64,000 nucleotides of DNA. Origin: a virus. The stretch covers positions 1 through 64,000 of IMG/VR virus record IMGVR_UViG_3300018079_000001. One strand, given 5' to 3'. Position numbers and translations under genes: made by a program. The notes under the pieces are model-generated. The model saw nothing but the letters and a program-made list of their open reading frames with translations, made no database searches and was not told the origin of the DNA. Shown here piece by piece: positions 63,434-64,000 of the stretch (the first letter of the stretch is position 1; every line of letters starts with the position of its first letter).

Positions 63434-64000
63434 ATGGCTCAGCTATCCCCCGAGCAAGAAGTCCGTTTCGAGCAGTTTCTCATGTCTTACGAGTTGCAGA
63501 TGCGACTGCGCCGCATCGTCAAGGCGCGGACTTACCGTCACGGTCAGGGACCACGCCGCAATCGGCACGTCTACCTGGACCCCGATGATCTTCAGGCTGT
63601 TGCGCACGCCGCCGCGTACGAGATTTTCTCGAAGTATGATGGTCAGGTTCCCGAGGCTGAGTTGCTGCCGCTCACGGTCACCGCTGTAGTTCGTCGTCTA
63701 ACTAACGAGTCAATTCGGGCGCAACGTCACGGTGACGCGGATGGCATTGTGTATGCGTTCATCGACGCCTTGTACGGTGGTGCGGGTACCTATACCGGGG
63801 ATGAAATGTCGATCAGCGGGCGGGTGAACGCCGGACGCGATGACGAGCAGGACACGGAAACGCTAGCCGGTGACATTGCTCAAGCTGTTGGCGAGCCTGA
63901 CGCGTTGACTAGACTTGTCGTGCGAGAGCGCATTGACGCGGCTGTCGCCGCGATGACGCCGTCAGAGCAGACCTTCTTCAAGAAGGCGGTTAAGGCGGGC
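63434..64000 (+). CDS. Sigma70/ECF-like phage sigma factor (partial, runs off the window)
   Basis: My translation: LDPDDLQAVAHAAAYEIFSKYD (region 2-like), RERIDAAVAAMTPSEQ (region 4-like); absent from the ORF track. Confidence 0.6.
   Translation, partial: MAQLSPEQEVRFEQFLMSYELQMRLRRIVKARTYRHGQGPRRNRHVYLDPDDLQAVAHAAAYEIFSKYDGQVPEAELLPLTVTAVVRRLTNESIRAQRHGDADGIVYAFIDALYGGAGTYTGDEMSISGRVNAGRDDEQDTETLAGDIAQAVGEPDALTRLVVRERIDAAVAAMTPSEQTFFKKAVKAG

Noticed and set aside
1-64000. Genome-wide UGA reassignment
   Set aside because: TGA terminates many conserved genes at expected ends and forms ATGA/GTGA overlaps.
1-64000. Prophage boundaries, integrase or terminase
   Set aside because: None was recognisable in the window, so lifestyle cannot be determined.

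Overview
This 64 kb window is part of a high-GC tailed phage genome (Caudoviricetes), with essentially all genes on the + strand. Spanins indicate a diderm host, and the tail module looks non-contractile. The gene order is as follows. (1) Small accessory genes, an HD (p)ppGpp-hydrolase-like gene and the portal. (2) A nucleotide-metabolism insert: metallophosphoesterase, nucleoside 2-deoxyribosyltransferase, GNAT, guaC. (3) Fibre-like structural genes. (4) The MuF/gp7 head gene, then three large multi-enzyme polyproteins (2H phosphoesterase+HAD+kinase; ADP-ribosyltransferase; GNAT-like+XkdF-type protease). (5) Scaffold, major capsid, head-tail joining genes with embedded spanins, tail tube, frameshifted tail chaperone, tape measure, tail tip/fibres and an L,D-transpeptidase-like candidate lysin. 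(6) A replication module: SF2 helicase, iteron-containing gene, DnaB-like helicase, primase. (7) An early region with a Ycf46-like AAA ATPase module, two tRNAs and a sigma-like gene cut by the window edge. No terminase or integrase was recognised. Four observations stand out. First, five early proteins, including an AAA ATPase with Walker B placed before Walker A, end in the same R-x5-DEEV tag. Second, the fifth tag is only reached by decoding an in-frame UGA in a G-U-Q-C context followed by a SECIS-like hairpin, suggesting a phage selenoprotein. Third, the head polyproteins look like a chained polymorphic effector/immunity array. Fourth, two conserved regulatory DNA motifs and boxA-like/hairpin elements recur. 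All family assignments come from motif recognition by eye; no database searches or folding programs were run.
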